The position numbers and the translations under genes were made by a program. A DNA stretch of 64,000 bases from Dehalococcoidia bacterium (lineage in GTDB: Bacteria > Chloroflexota > Dehalococcoidia > UBA2979), in contig OZ219872.1 in assembly GCA_964291495.2 (NCBI GenBank), positions 672,001 through 736,000 on the forward strand, written 5' to 3'. Numbering within the stretch: position 1 is the stretch's first letter; every line of letters starts with the position of its first letter. Positions 39,284 to 48,295 of this stretch are shown one piece after another. The notes beneath the pieces were generated by a model. It saw nothing but the letters and a program-made list of their open reading frames with translations, searched no databases and was not told the origin of the DNA.

Positions 39284-40983
39284 CGGGCCACCTCGCTCGG
39301 GGTCTCGGGGCGGGGCGCCTCGACGGTCTCGGAGAGCGCCGAGCCGGCGGGGACCATCGGCCAGACGTTGCCCTCGGCCTCCACCTGGAAGTCGACGAGG
39401 ACGGGGCCGTCGTGGTCGTTGGCCTCCTCGATGGCGCCGTCGATCTTGTCGGCGTCGGTGACGCGCAGCGCCTTGACGCCGTACGCCTCGCCGAGCTTGA
39501 CGAAGTCGGGCTGGCTGATCGCGACGGCGACGTAGTTGTCCTCGTAGAACAGCTCCTGCCACTGGCGGACCATGCCGAGGTAGCCGTTGTTGATGATCGC
39601 CATCTTCACCGGCAGGTTCTCGTCCACCATCGTCGCCAGCTCCTGCAGCGTCATCTGGAAGCCGCCGTCGCCGCAGATCGACCAGACCAGCGCGTCCGGC
39701 TTTGCCACCTGCGCGCCCATCGCTGCGGGAACCTCGAAGCCCATCGTGCCGAGGCCGCCCGATGTGATCAGCTGGTGCGGGTAGCTGAAGCGCATGTGCT
39801 GCGCGGCCCACATCTGGTGCTGGCCGACGCCGGTGACGATCACCGTCTCGTCGTCGCAGCGCTCGGAGATGCGCTTGATCACGCCCTGCGAGGTCATCTG
39901 CGGCCCGCTCGGGATCGCCATCGAGTGCGAGTGGTCGTCACGCACCTCGTCGATCCAGCGGATCCAGTCGAGGTGCGAGCGCTGCCGCGTCGCATCACGC
40001 AGTTGCGGCAGCACGTCCTTGACGTCGCCGAGGATCGGGACGGCGGTCGGCAGGTTCTTGCCGTGCTCGCCGGGGTCGACGTCGACGTGGATCAGCTTGG
40101 CGTGGTGATTGAAGTCGTTGAAGCGACCGATCGCGCGGTCGTCCATGCGGTTGCCGATGCCGATCACGAGGTCGGCGTTGGAGGCGGCCATGTTCGCCTC
40201 GTAGGAGCCGTGCATGCCCATCATCCCGTAGGAGAGGACGTGCGTGCGCGGGATGCTGCCGAGGCCGAGCAGCGTGTTGAGCACCGGGATGCCGGTGTGC
40301 TCGGCGAACTGCCGCAGCTCTTCCCAGGCCTCGCCGAGGATCACGCCGTGACCGGCGATGATCAGCGGTCGCTCGGCAGTGTCGATCAGCTCGGCCGCGC
40401 GAGCGATGTCGGCCTCGTCAGCGGCGCCGGGGAGGTGGTAGCCGCGGACGGAGACCTCCTCCGGCCAGACGAACTCGGCCTCGTCGATGAAGACATCCTT
40501 CGGGATGTCGATGTGAACCGGGCCGGGCCGGCCGGTGGTCGCGAGGTAGGCGGCCTCGGCGAAGGTGTGCGCGAGGTTCTCGGTGTGCATGACGAGGTAG
40601 TTGTGCTTGACGCAGGGCGTCAGGATGCCGGTCGCGTCGGCCTCCTGGAACCCGTCCCGGCCGATCAGGTTGCGCGCGACGTTGCCGGTCACGAACAGCG
40701 TCGGCACCGAGTCCATCATCGCGTTCTGGACCGCCGTGACGAGGTTCGTCGCGCCCGGCCCGGAGGTGGCGAGGGCGCAGCCGAGGCGTCCCGCGGCGCG
40801 GGCGTAGCCGTCGGCGGCGTGGCCGCCGCCCTGCTCGTGGCGCACCAGGATGTGGCGCACCTCGGGGTGGGCGGGCCAGCGGTCGTAGAGCGGGAGGACG
40901 ACCCCGCCGGGGTAGCCGAATACGGTGTCGATGCCCACGCGCTTCAGACTCTCGAGGACGATATCGGCGCCGCTCATTCTCAT
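39280..40983 (-). CDS. ilvB: Acetolactate synthase large subunit
   Basis: FGYPGG, RHEQG, TSGPGATN, VGQHQMW, SGGLGTMGF, GDGGFQM, LGMVRQWQ. Confidence 0.97.
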   Translation of the reverse strand: MRMSGADIVLESLKRVGIDTVFGYPGGVVLPLYDRWPAHPEVRHILVRHEQGGGHAADGYARAAGRLGCALATSGPGATNLVTAVQNAMMDSVPTLFVTGNVARNLIGRDGFQEADATGILTPCVKHNYLVMHTENLAHTFAEAAYLATTGRPGPVHIDIPKDVFIDEAEFVWPEEVSVRGYHLPGAADEADIARAAELIDTAERPLIIAGHGVILGEAWEELRQFAEHTGIPVLNTLLGLGSIPRTHVLSYGMMGMHGSYEANMAASNADLVIGIGNRMDDRAIGRFNDFNHHAKLIHVDVDPGEHGKNLPTAVPILGDVKDVLPQLRDATRQRSHLDWIRWIDEVRDDHSHSMAIPSGPQMTSQGVIKRISERCDDETVIVTGVGQHQMWAAQHMRFSYPHQLITSGGLGTMGFEVPAAMGAQVAKPDALVWSICGDGGFQMTLQELATMVDENLPVKMAIINNGYLGMVRQWQELFYEDNYVAVAISQPDFVKLGEAYGVKALRVTDADKIDGAIEEANDHDGPVLVDFQVEAEGNVWPMVPAGSALSETVEAPRPETPSEVAR

Positions 40984-41101
40984 CGTGGGTTCCGTCTCTT
41001 CCGCTTCGGGCGATTCGCGCTGTGTTGGGTGTGGTTGTTGTGAACGACCGGCAGCCCGTCACGCGGGCTGATTGGCGGCGCGACCTCGGTGGCGGCGCCG
41101 C

Positions 41102-41197
41102 CTAGCGCAGTACGAGCAGGAGGACAAGCAGGCGCGTTGAGGCGGCGACGGCCACGCGCCATTCGGGCAGGTGTGGTCTGGGGAGTGTTGCCCTCAT
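41102..41197 (-). CDS. ilvB operon leader peptide (MRATLPRPHLPEWRVAVAASTRLLVLLLVLR)
   Basis: 31-aa uORF ending in 8 consecutive Leu/Val codons; preceded by TTGACG-18-GATACT. Confidence 0.8.
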   Translation of the reverse strand: MRATLPRPHLPEWRVAVAASTRLLVLLLVLR

Positions 41198-41207
41198 AAC
41201 AGCGGAC

Positions 41208-41237
41208 AGTATCCGCGCGCCCCGCACGCAGCGTCAA
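41208..41237 (-). promoter_or_regulatory. Putative ilv-leu operon promoter
   Basis: TTGACG (41237-41232), 18 bp, GATACT (41213-41208). Confidence 0.5.
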
Positions 41238-41317
41238 CAGCGCGTGATGCGACTCACAAGCAGGCTGGCGCGTGGGACATGCCGTGGAAGTGCAGCGATG
41301 GCAGGCATCGAGCCCCC

Positions 41318-42508
41318 TTACGGCCGCCCGTAGCGCCGCCGCGTGATCGAGCGCGCGAGGGCGCCGAGGGGGTGCACGATGTGCGCGAAGGGGCCACCCG
41401 TGCGCACCACGTCGGCGTACGTCTCGTCGCCGCGGATCAGCTTCGCGCAGTGGGTCCAGACGCGGCTCGATCGCTGCAACGCCCAGATGAACGGCGGCGG
41501 GTAGAGGTAGAAGACCTCCATCAGACCCTTTGAGATCGCGATCTCGGGCAGCAGGTCGCGCTCCATGAGCTGCTGGTAGTCGCGCATCGAGTCGCGCTCG
41601 CCTCGCAGGTAGTCGTGCGCGACCGGCGCGACCGCGGCTCCCGAGGAGATCGCGGCGAGGATGCCCTCGCCCGAGAGCGGGTCGATCAGGCCCGCCGCGT
41701 CGCCGATCAGCGCCGACCCGCCGGCCGCGAGCGCGCTGCCGCCACGCCGCATCGGCAGGTGGTGCCCGCGCAGCGACTCGAGGCGGTCCGGGTCGATGCC
41801 GTAGTCGCGACACAGCGCGTCGAGCTGCCGGCGCAGATCGCCGGCGGTGGCCTTCCAGCACCCGACGCCGACGTTGACGTGGTCCTCCTTCGGGAACAGC
41901 CAACCGTACCCGCCGGTCATCGCGCCGAGCTGCAGCACCACGTTGCCGCGCAGCCACTCCGGCACGCCGTCCGGACACGGGAAGTTGCCCTCGAGGCCGA
42001 CCCCGCTCTCCTCGGCGTGCTCGTAGCCGAGCGAGGAGCCGACGACGCCGTTCGCACCGTCCGCGCCGATCACGACGCGCGCGCGGTGCAGCTCCGGCGC
42101 GGCGCCGTTGCCGGCGCTGACCTCGTAGCTGCCGTCGCCCTGGCGCATCACCTGGCGCACGCGCTGCCCGTCGCGGAACTCGGAGCCCGCCTCCTGCGCG
42201 CGCTCGACGAGGAAGTGGTCGAGGCGGCTGCGCTGCGTGATGTAGGTCAGCGGCTCGTCGTGACGGAGGGAGACGCGGTGGCCGCGGCGCATCTGGATCA
42301 CCGCGCCGTAGACGACGTCCTCGACGACGGGTTCGAGCGAGAAGGGCAGGAGCGCGTCGCAGCGCACGGTGACGCCGCCGCCGCACGGCTTGTCGCGAGG
42401 GAAGCGCGCGCGGTCGAGCAACAGCGTGTCGATGCCGCGCTGCGCCAGCTCGCGGGCGGCGGTGCTGCCGGCCGGGCCGGCTCCGACGACGATCGCCTCG
42501 ACATCCAC
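41318..42508 (-). CDS. Geranylgeranyl reductase family FAD oxidoreductase
   Basis: VGAGPAG, FPRDKPCGGG, IGADGANG, GYGWLFPK, IGDAAGLIDPLSGEGI. Confidence 0.9.
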   Translation of the reverse strand: MDVEAIVVGAGPAGSTAARELAQRGIDTLLLDRARFPRDKPCGGGVTVRCDALLPFSLEPVVEDVVYGAVIQMRRGHRVSLRHDEPLTYITQRSRLDHFLVERAQEAGSEFRDGQRVRQVMRQGDGSYEVSAGNGAAPELHRARVVIGADGANGVVGSSLGYEHAEESGVGLEGNFPCPDGVPEWLRGNVVLQLGAMTGGYGWLFPKEDHVNVGVGCWKATAGDLRRQLDALCRDYGIDPDRLESLRGHHLPMRRGGSALAAGGSALIGDAAGLIDPLSGEGILAAISSGAAVAPVAHDYLRGERDSMRDYQQLMERDLLPEIAISKGLMEVFYLYPPPFIWALQRSSRVWTHCAKLIRGDETYADVVRTGGPFAHIVHPLGALARSITRRRYGRP

Positions 42509-42555
42509 GCGCGGATGCTACTCCCGGTCGCCGTTGCGGTCAGGCGCGCGGCGGC

Positions 42556-43440
42556 TCAGCCGATCGCGATCGCGGTGGCGGCGAGGAAGATCACCTGCAC
42601 GACGGCCGCCGCCGCAAAGACGAGGCGCCCGGCCACGCGCTCGCGAGCGTGCACCAGCACCCCGATCACCAGCCCGGCGACGAGGATGGCGGTGGCGGCG
42701 CTCCCCATCTCCAGCAGCGTGTGGCGCGCGATGAACTCCGAGGCCTCGCCGGCGGTGAGGTGCAGCGGAACCGTTGTCGGCACGGCGCTGTGGCGGAGGG
42801 CGATCTGCAGCCAAACGGAAACGCCGCCGAGCACGGCGAGAAGGACGATCAGCAGCGCGATGCGGTCGTTCGTGCGCAGCAACGCGGGACCGCCGCGGCG
42901 CACCTGGTGCTGCAGCCGGGCGGTCGGACCAAGTTCCTGCCGGATCAGCACCTCCCGCGCGAACTCCTGCGGATCCTCGATCGTGAGGGCGTACGTCTGC
43001 TGCGCGGTCACCACGTAGACCAGCTGCTCCGGAAGGCGGCCGCTGGCATAGCACAGCACCGGGCCGATCGGCTCGACGATCGCCCGCCCGATCTGGCTCC
43101 CCCACCAGGAGACGCCTCCCGGACGCGGGATGGCGACGGCGCTGGCCGGCACGAGCCGTTCGATCGAGCCGAGCGGAATCACCTGTTGCGTCCAGCCCCA
43201 GCGAATCAGCAGCGCGTTGCGGTCCAGGTCATAGGACAGCGTCCACAACGCCCAGGTCCAGTAGCCGAACAGCACCGCGATTACCGCCGCCACCAGCGAG
43301 GCGCTGTAGGCGAGCCAGCCCTCGAAGCCGAGCTCCCGGCCCACACCGATCGCCAACAGCAGCAGCGCGGCGGCGAGCGCCCAGCCGGTGAGCAGGCTGC
43401 CCGCGACGAGGCCGGGGGTGCGAGCCGGTCGGTACTGCAT
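42556..43440 (-). CDS. Membrane protein with probable bacterial PH domain
   Basis: Two N-terminal TM segments, Y-L----L-IRWG...IPL--I soluble segment, C-terminal TM segments. Confidence 0.7.
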   Translation of the reverse strand: MQYRPARTPGLVAGSLLTGWALAAALLLLAIGVGRELGFEGWLAYSASLVAAVIAVLFGYWTWALWTLSYDLDRNALLIRWGWTQQVIPLGSIERLVPASAVAIPRPGGVSWWGSQIGRAIVEPIGPVLCYASGRLPEQLVYVVTAQQTYALTIEDPQEFAREVLIRQELGPTARLQHQVRRGGPALLRTNDRIALLIVLLAVLGGVSVWLQIALRHSAVPTTVPLHLTAGEASEFIARHTLLEMGSAATAILVAGLVIGVLVHARERVAGRLVFAAAAVVQVIFLAATAIAIG

Positions 43441-43490
43441 CGGTCCTGTCGAGCCGCCTCGCCGCGGGTCTCAGCGCCGGCGCGCCGCCG

Positions 43491-44429
43491 TCATGCGCCG
43501 ACGGCGGCGCCGGAGTAGACGGGCGTCAGCCACTCGGCGTACTGGGGGAGGCGGCCGGTGATCGCCTGGAAGTAGCGGTTCTGGAGCTGCATCGTGACCG
43601 GCCCCGGACGCCCGTCGCCGACCGGCACGCGGTCGACCTCGACCACGGGCGTGACGTGCGCGGCGGTGCCCGTCATGAACACCTCGTCGGCGATGTAGAG
43701 CTCGGAGCGGTCGATCGTGCGCTCCTCGACCTCGATGCCAAGCTCCTCGCGCGCGATCTGCAACGCGGTCTCCAGCGTGATGCCCTCGAGGATGTTGTCC
43801 TGCGGCGGTGGGGTGATGATCCGGCCGCGACGCAGGATCACGATGTTCTCGCCGGAACCCTCGGAGACGTGGCCGTCCTGGTTGAGCAGGATCCCCTCGT
43901 CGAAGCCGGAGAGCTGCGCCTCCGTCTTCGCCATCGCGTTGTTGACGTAGAGCCCGTTCACCTTCGCCCGCGCCGGAATCGAGGTGTCGTCCACGCGCCG
44001 CCAGGACGAGGTCATGCAGCGCGCGCCCGCCTCGGGGTCCAGGTAGGCGCCGAACGGCGCGAGGAAGAGCAGGTAGTCGTCCTGCAGGTCGTGCATGCGG
44101 ACCCCGAGCGCCTCGGTGGACTTGTAGACGATCGGGCGAATGTAGACGTCCTCGCGGAACTCGCTGCGTACGGCCAGCTCGTGGATCTGGCCGACCAGCT
44201 CGTCGTCGCTCGCCGTCAGCTCCATGCGCATGATCTTCGCGCTCTGGCGCAGGCGCTCGACGTGCTCACGCACGCGGAAGAGGTAGAGCTCGCCCTGGTC
44301 GTCGTTCCAGTTACCGCGGATGCCCTCGAATACGGCGGTTCCGTAGTTGAAGGCGTGGGTCATGATGCCGATCTTCGCGTCCGCGAGCGGCATGAACTCG
44401 CCGCGGATGTACGCCATCGGTATCGACAT
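43491..44429 (-). CDS. ilvE: Branched-chain amino acid aminotransferase
   Basis: HAFNYGTAVFEGIR, AKVNGLY, SEGSGEN, ILEGIT, GTAA. Confidence 0.94.
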   Translation of the reverse strand: MSIPMAYIRGEFMPLADAKIGIMTHAFNYGTAVFEGIRGNWNDDQGELYLFRVREHVERLRQSAKIMRMELTASDDELVGQIHELAVRSEFREDVYIRPIVYKSTEALGVRMHDLQDDYLLFLAPFGAYLDPEAGARCMTSSWRRVDDTSIPARAKVNGLYVNNAMAKTEAQLSGFDEGILLNQDGHVSEGSGENIVILRRGRIITPPPQDNILEGITLETALQIAREELGIEVEERTIDRSELYIADEVFMTGTAAHVTPVVEVDRVPVGDGRPGPVTMQLQNRYFQAITGRLPQYAEWLTPVYSGAAVGA

Positions 44430-44588
44430 TCGTGTGCTCCAGCCGTCGCCGCGATGTAGGGCGATGATATGGGCCGCGCGGATCGAGCGGCAACCGCCCG
44501 CACGGGGCTGCGCCGTCCCGGGCGCGCTATGCTCGCCTCCCGACAAGCGCGCAACGAAGCGCGCACGGCGCAGCAGGAGGGCGGGGCG

Positions 44589-45446
44589 ATGCCCAGACTT
44601 AGCGAGAGCTTCACCATCGGCGGACTCGAGATCGCGGCGCTCAGCGACGGCGCGCCCGAGCGCGCCCTCGGCGGCTTCTTCCGCGACGTGGATCCCGCGG
44701 CCTGGACGAGCGCGATCGGCATCACAGACCCCGAGGACCCCGTGCCCTTCAACTTCGGCTCGTTCCTGATCCGCGGCGACGGCCACCTCACGCTGATCGA
44801 CAGCGGCTACGGCGTGCCCGCGCTCGCGATGGGCATCCCCGGCGGCGGTGAGCTGCCGCAACGCATCGCCGAGGTCGGCGTGGGGCTCGAGGAGATCGAC
44901 CGCGTGATCCACACGCACCTGCACGGCGACCACGTCGGCTGGAACATCCACGACAACGAGGACGACCGGTTGATGTTCCCCAACGCGACCTTCTACGTGC
45001 ACGAGAACGAGCTGAACTACTGGACCAGCAGCGCCTCCGACGACAATCCGATGGCGGAGAACGTGCGGCGCCGCATCAACCCCGTCGTCGCGGCCGGCCG
45101 CGTCGAGACCACCGAGGGCGAGTACGCCGTCAGCGAGGCGCTCACGATGATCCCCGCGCCGGGCCACACGCCCGGCCACTGCACCGTCCTCGCCGCCTCG
45201 CGGGGGACCAACCTGCTACTGCTCGGCGACGCGGCGCACCACCCCGTCCACCTCGAGCACCACGACTGGATCCCGCAGGTCGACCTCGATCCGGCCGAGT
45301 CCACGCGATCGCGCGGCAAGATCGCGCGGCTGGCGGTCGAGAAGGAGGCGATCGTGACTAGCGGTCACTTCCCGATTCTCTCGCTCGGCTGCATCCGCGA
45401 GGTCGAGGGCGGCTACAGGTGGGAGCTGATCGAGGAGCTCGGCTAG
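44589..45446 (+). CDS. MBL-fold metallo-hydrolase
   Basis: THLHGDHVG, PGHTPGH, LGDAAH, GHFP. Confidence 0.9.
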   Translation: MPRLSESFTIGGLEIAALSDGAPERALGGFFRDVDPAAWTSAIGITDPEDPVPFNFGSFLIRGDGHLTLIDSGYGVPALAMGIPGGGELPQRIAEVGVGLEEIDRVIHTHLHGDHVGWNIHDNEDDRLMFPNATFYVHENELNYWTSSASDDNPMAENVRRRINPVVAAGRVETTEGEYAVSEALTMIPAPGHTPGHCTVLAASRGTNLLLLGDAAHHPVHLEHHDWIPQVDLDPAESTRSRGKIARLAVEKEAIVTSGHFPILSLGCIREVEGGYRWELIEELG

Positions 45447-46075
45447 CCGCCCTGCCCCCCTCGAGGTTCGCGCCACATCGGCCACAGCGAGGGGCCGCCG
45501 TCCGGCAGCTCGACACGCGCACTGACGGCGAAGCCGTGCCGCTCGTAGAGCGGGAGGTTGCGCTCCCTCGTGCTGATCAGGGATGCCGGTATCCCCTCCC
45601 GATCGCAGCGCTCGAGGACGGCGCGGATCAGCCGCGAGCCGAGCCCGCCGCGCTGCACTGCGGGCAGCACGCCGATCGCGCCGAGGTAGAAGTTTGGCGG
45701 CTCCGTGGGGTGGTGCTCCGCCATCAGGTCCGCGAACTGCGCGAAGCGCCGACGACCCTCCGGCGTGTCGCAGATCTCGGAGGCGAGGCGTTCGCGTCCG
45801 TCGGGATCGGGTGGCGGCCCCTCGTAGCCGGGAGGCTGCCACACCGCCGCGCCGCGTCCATCCGCGAGGATGTAGCACTCGCCGTGCTCGCGCACGGCGC
45901 GCTCCACGCCGCCTCGCAGCAGCCGCTCGGTCGCCTCACCGTGCCGCTCGTCCTGGCGGATAAACCAGTTGAACACCGGGTCGTCGTCGAAGGCAGCGGC
46001 GAGGATCCGCGAGACCGTCGCGATGTCGGCCTCGCCGGCGCGGCGCACCTCCACCTGCGCGGCGGGCGAGTTCAC
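45443..46075 (-). CDS. GNAT family N-acetyltransferase
   Basis: AAFDDDP, YLGAIGVLPAVQRGGLGSRL, NLPLYERHGF. Confidence 0.9.
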   Translation of the reverse strand: MNSPAAQVEVRRAGEADIATVSRILAAAFDDDPVFNWFIRQDERHGEATERLLRGGVERAVREHGECYILADGRGAAVWQPPGYEGPPPDPDGRERLASEICDTPEGRRRFAQFADLMAEHHPTEPPNFYLGAIGVLPAVQRGGLGSRLIRAVLERCDREGIPASLISTRERNLPLYERHGFAVSARVELPDGGPSLWPMWREPRGGQGG

Positions 46076-47370
46076 GCCAGCGCCGGCTCGCGCACCACCG
46101 GCGCCGCCTGCTGCCCGTACGGCAGCACGCCGATGCTCGCCGGCCGGCCCTCACGCGCCTCGATCTCCGAGGCGAGCGCCGCGACCGTCTCGCCCACGTC
46201 GGCGCAGTAGCGCAGGTGCGTGGCGCGCGTTTCGTCCTCGTCGAGGGAGGAGTGGAGCCAGACCGTGCCGCGCTCCTGTGCGAGCGCCTGCAGCTGCGCC
46301 TGCCACTGCTCCTCGACCGTCGTCCAGGCGCCGCCGCGCATCGCCTCGAGCAGCTCGAGGTGGCTGCCGTAGCGCGTCAGCAGCACGCCGTACTCGCCGT
46401 GCCCGACGCCCTCGATGCACTCGGCGGCGAGGATCAGGTGGCCGCCGGGGCGCAGCGCCCGCGCCGCGACGGCGATGCCCTTGACCGACTGGTAGAGGTC
46501 GAGATCGGCGGGGTAGCCACCGTTGCTCGTCACGACGACGTCGTACGGCTCGTCGATCTCGACGATCGCCTGGCGGCGGCAGTGCTCGATGCCTGCATCG
46601 TGCGCGGCGACCAGCTCGCCCGCGAAGACGCCGGTCACGCGCTGCTCGGCGTCCATCGTGACGTTGAGCAGGAAGCACTCCCCGGCGAGCAACGCGAAGC
46701 GGCGCATCTCCTCGAAGATCGGGTTGCCCTCACTGATCCCGAAGGTTGCGTTGGGGTGACCGACCATAGAGGCGGAGTGGTTGGACATCACGGTCTCGCG
46801 CCCGGCGATGCCGGGCATCACGCCCTTGCCGCCGCCCGAGTAGCCGGCGAAGAGGTGCGGCTCGATGAAGCCGGTGACGATGCGCAGATCGGCGTCGAGG
46901 TAGTCACCGCGGATCAGCACAGGCTCGCCTCGCGGGTCCGTCGCGATCTGCCGCAGCGCCGAGGTCTCCCGCGAGTCGTGGTTGACGATGCGGTAGCGGC
47001 GCACGATCTCCTCGCCGTACATCTCGGCCAACTCCTCGGCCGTGTTGCCGCGGTGCATCCCCGTGCCGTTGAGGATCAGCACGTCCTCGACGGCTACGCC
47101 GGCGGCGTGGAGCGTCTCCAGCAGCGCGTCCAGCAGCAGCTCGTTCGGTACCGGCCTCGTCAGGTCCGAGGTCACGATCGCGACCCGCTTGCCGGGCGCT
47201 GCGAGGGCCGAGAGCGGCGGCCCGGCGATCGGCTCGCGCAACGCCGAGCGCACGGCGGCGGGCGCATCGGCGAGCGGCGGTTGCTCGTGCGGCGCGATCA
47301 CCTCGGCCGCGTCCGGGAACGCGACATCGAGGCCCGTGCGGCCGTAGGCGAGACGGATGTTGCGCGGCAT
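46072..47370 (-). CDS. larA: Nickel-pincer-dependent lactate racemase (LarA) family protein
   Basis: SDLTRP, GTGMHR, NHD, EPHLFAGYSGGGKGVMPG, DLYQSVKG. Confidence 0.88.
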   Translation of the reverse strand: MPRNIRLAYGRTGLDVAFPDAAEVIAPHEQPPLADAPAAVRSALREPIAGPPLSALAAPGKRVAIVTSDLTRPVPNELLLDALLETLHAAGVAVEDVLILNGTGMHRGNTAEELAEMYGEEIVRRYRIVNHDSRETSALRQIATDPRGEPVLIRGDYLDADLRIVTGFIEPHLFAGYSGGGKGVMPGIAGRETVMSNHSASMVGHPNATFGISEGNPIFEEMRRFALLAGECFLLNVTMDAEQRVTGVFAGELVAAHDAGIEHCRRQAIVEIDEPYDVVVTSNGGYPADLDLYQSVKGIAVAARALRPGGHLILAAECIEGVGHGEYGVLLTRYGSHLELLEAMRGGAWTTVEEQWQAQLQALAQERGTVWLHSSLDEDETRATHLRYCADVGETVAALASEIEAREGRPASIGVLPYGQQAAPVVREPALA

Positions 47371-47415
47371 GGCTCCATCCTAATACGCGGAGCGCGATTG
47401 GCAGGCCGCGCGCCT

Positions 47416-47755
47416 GCCCTCGATCCGGCCCCCTCGCCTGGGGGTGAGGGTTATCCGCCCCCCTCTCCTGGGGGAGAGGGTTGGGGTGAGGGGGCTCGCC
47501 GGACCTTCGCCGCCCGCGGAACGTTCGTGCGCCCTCGATCCGACCCCCTCTCCTGGGGGAGAGGGTTGGGGTGAGGGGGCTCGCCGGACCGTTCGCCGCC
47601 CGCGGAAGGCTCGTGCGCCCTCGATCCGGCCCCCTCTCCCGGGGGAGAGGGTTGGGGTGATTGGGGTGAGGGGGCTCGCCGGACCGTTCGCCGCCTGCGG
47701 AAGGCTCGTGCGCCCTCGACAGTCCGACGTGGGGGTGTGGGGGCTCTGCCCCACG
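47416..47755. repeat. Tandem BoxC-like repeat array (about 3.5 units of roughly 86-115 bp)
   Basis: GCCCTCGA at 47416, 47531, 47617, 47712; the units carry CCCTCTCC-GGAGAGGG-TTGGGGTGAGGGGGCTCGCCGGACC. Confidence 0.88.
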
Positions 47756-47763
47756 AAAGGGCA

Positions 47764-48258
47764 TCAAAAGATGATGCTGACTGCTCCGTGCCAGGACAGG
47801 GCTTCCAGATCCAGCACCGCGCGGCGGTAGGCGATTCTCAACTCCCCGTTGTCTCGCCGCAGGATGTAGTGGACGCTGCCGACGAAGGGCGCTCCTTCGC
47901 CGCTGCGGAACCGGTAGACCATGACGTTTGCCGTGACCGACAGCTCGCCGTCTCCCGTTTCCGCCACCCGCACGTTGGAGACAAACCGGCGGGTACGCGA
48001 CCACGGATACTCGCGGTGAGCATGGCGGCTGTTCAACCGCACCGCCCGGGCGCGCAGACGGGTGATGTCGTCGTCTATGAAGACCAGGTCGCGCTTCGGG
48101 TCACCCTCCGGCAAGTCGGTGGTGGGGACCACGTACCGGCCATCTTCGGTAAACAAACCGACCCAATCGTCCAGGCGCCAGTCATCGAGGAGCTCCGCCT
48201 CCCTGAACAGGAAGTCCTCCACCAATTCGCGCAGCGAGGGCGTGTGATCGGTTGTCAT
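47764..48258 (-). CDS. Aromatic ring-hydroxylating dioxygenase beta subunit
   Basis: FLFREAELLDDW, RTRRFVSNV, C-terminal SIIF. Confidence 0.92.
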   Translation of the reverse strand: MTTDHTPSLRELVEDFLFREAELLDDWRLDDWVGLFTEDGRYVVPTTDLPEGDPKRDLVFIDDDITRLRARAVRLNSRHAHREYPWSRTRRFVSNVRVAETGDGELSVTANVMVYRFRSGEGAPFVGSVHYILRRDNGELRIAYRRAVLDLEALSWHGAVSIIF

Positions 48259-48295
48259 CGTTCCACTTATCCAGCGGGCCCTGAACGCGGCTGTG

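Noticed and set aside
40984-41240. T-box riboswitch upstream of ilvB
   Set aside because: No T-box consensus or U-tailed terminator; a Leu/Val-rich uORF explains the leader better
47416-47755. Possible CRISPR array
   Set aside because: Inter-palindrome segments are near-identical; REP-like tandem rather than repeat-spacer
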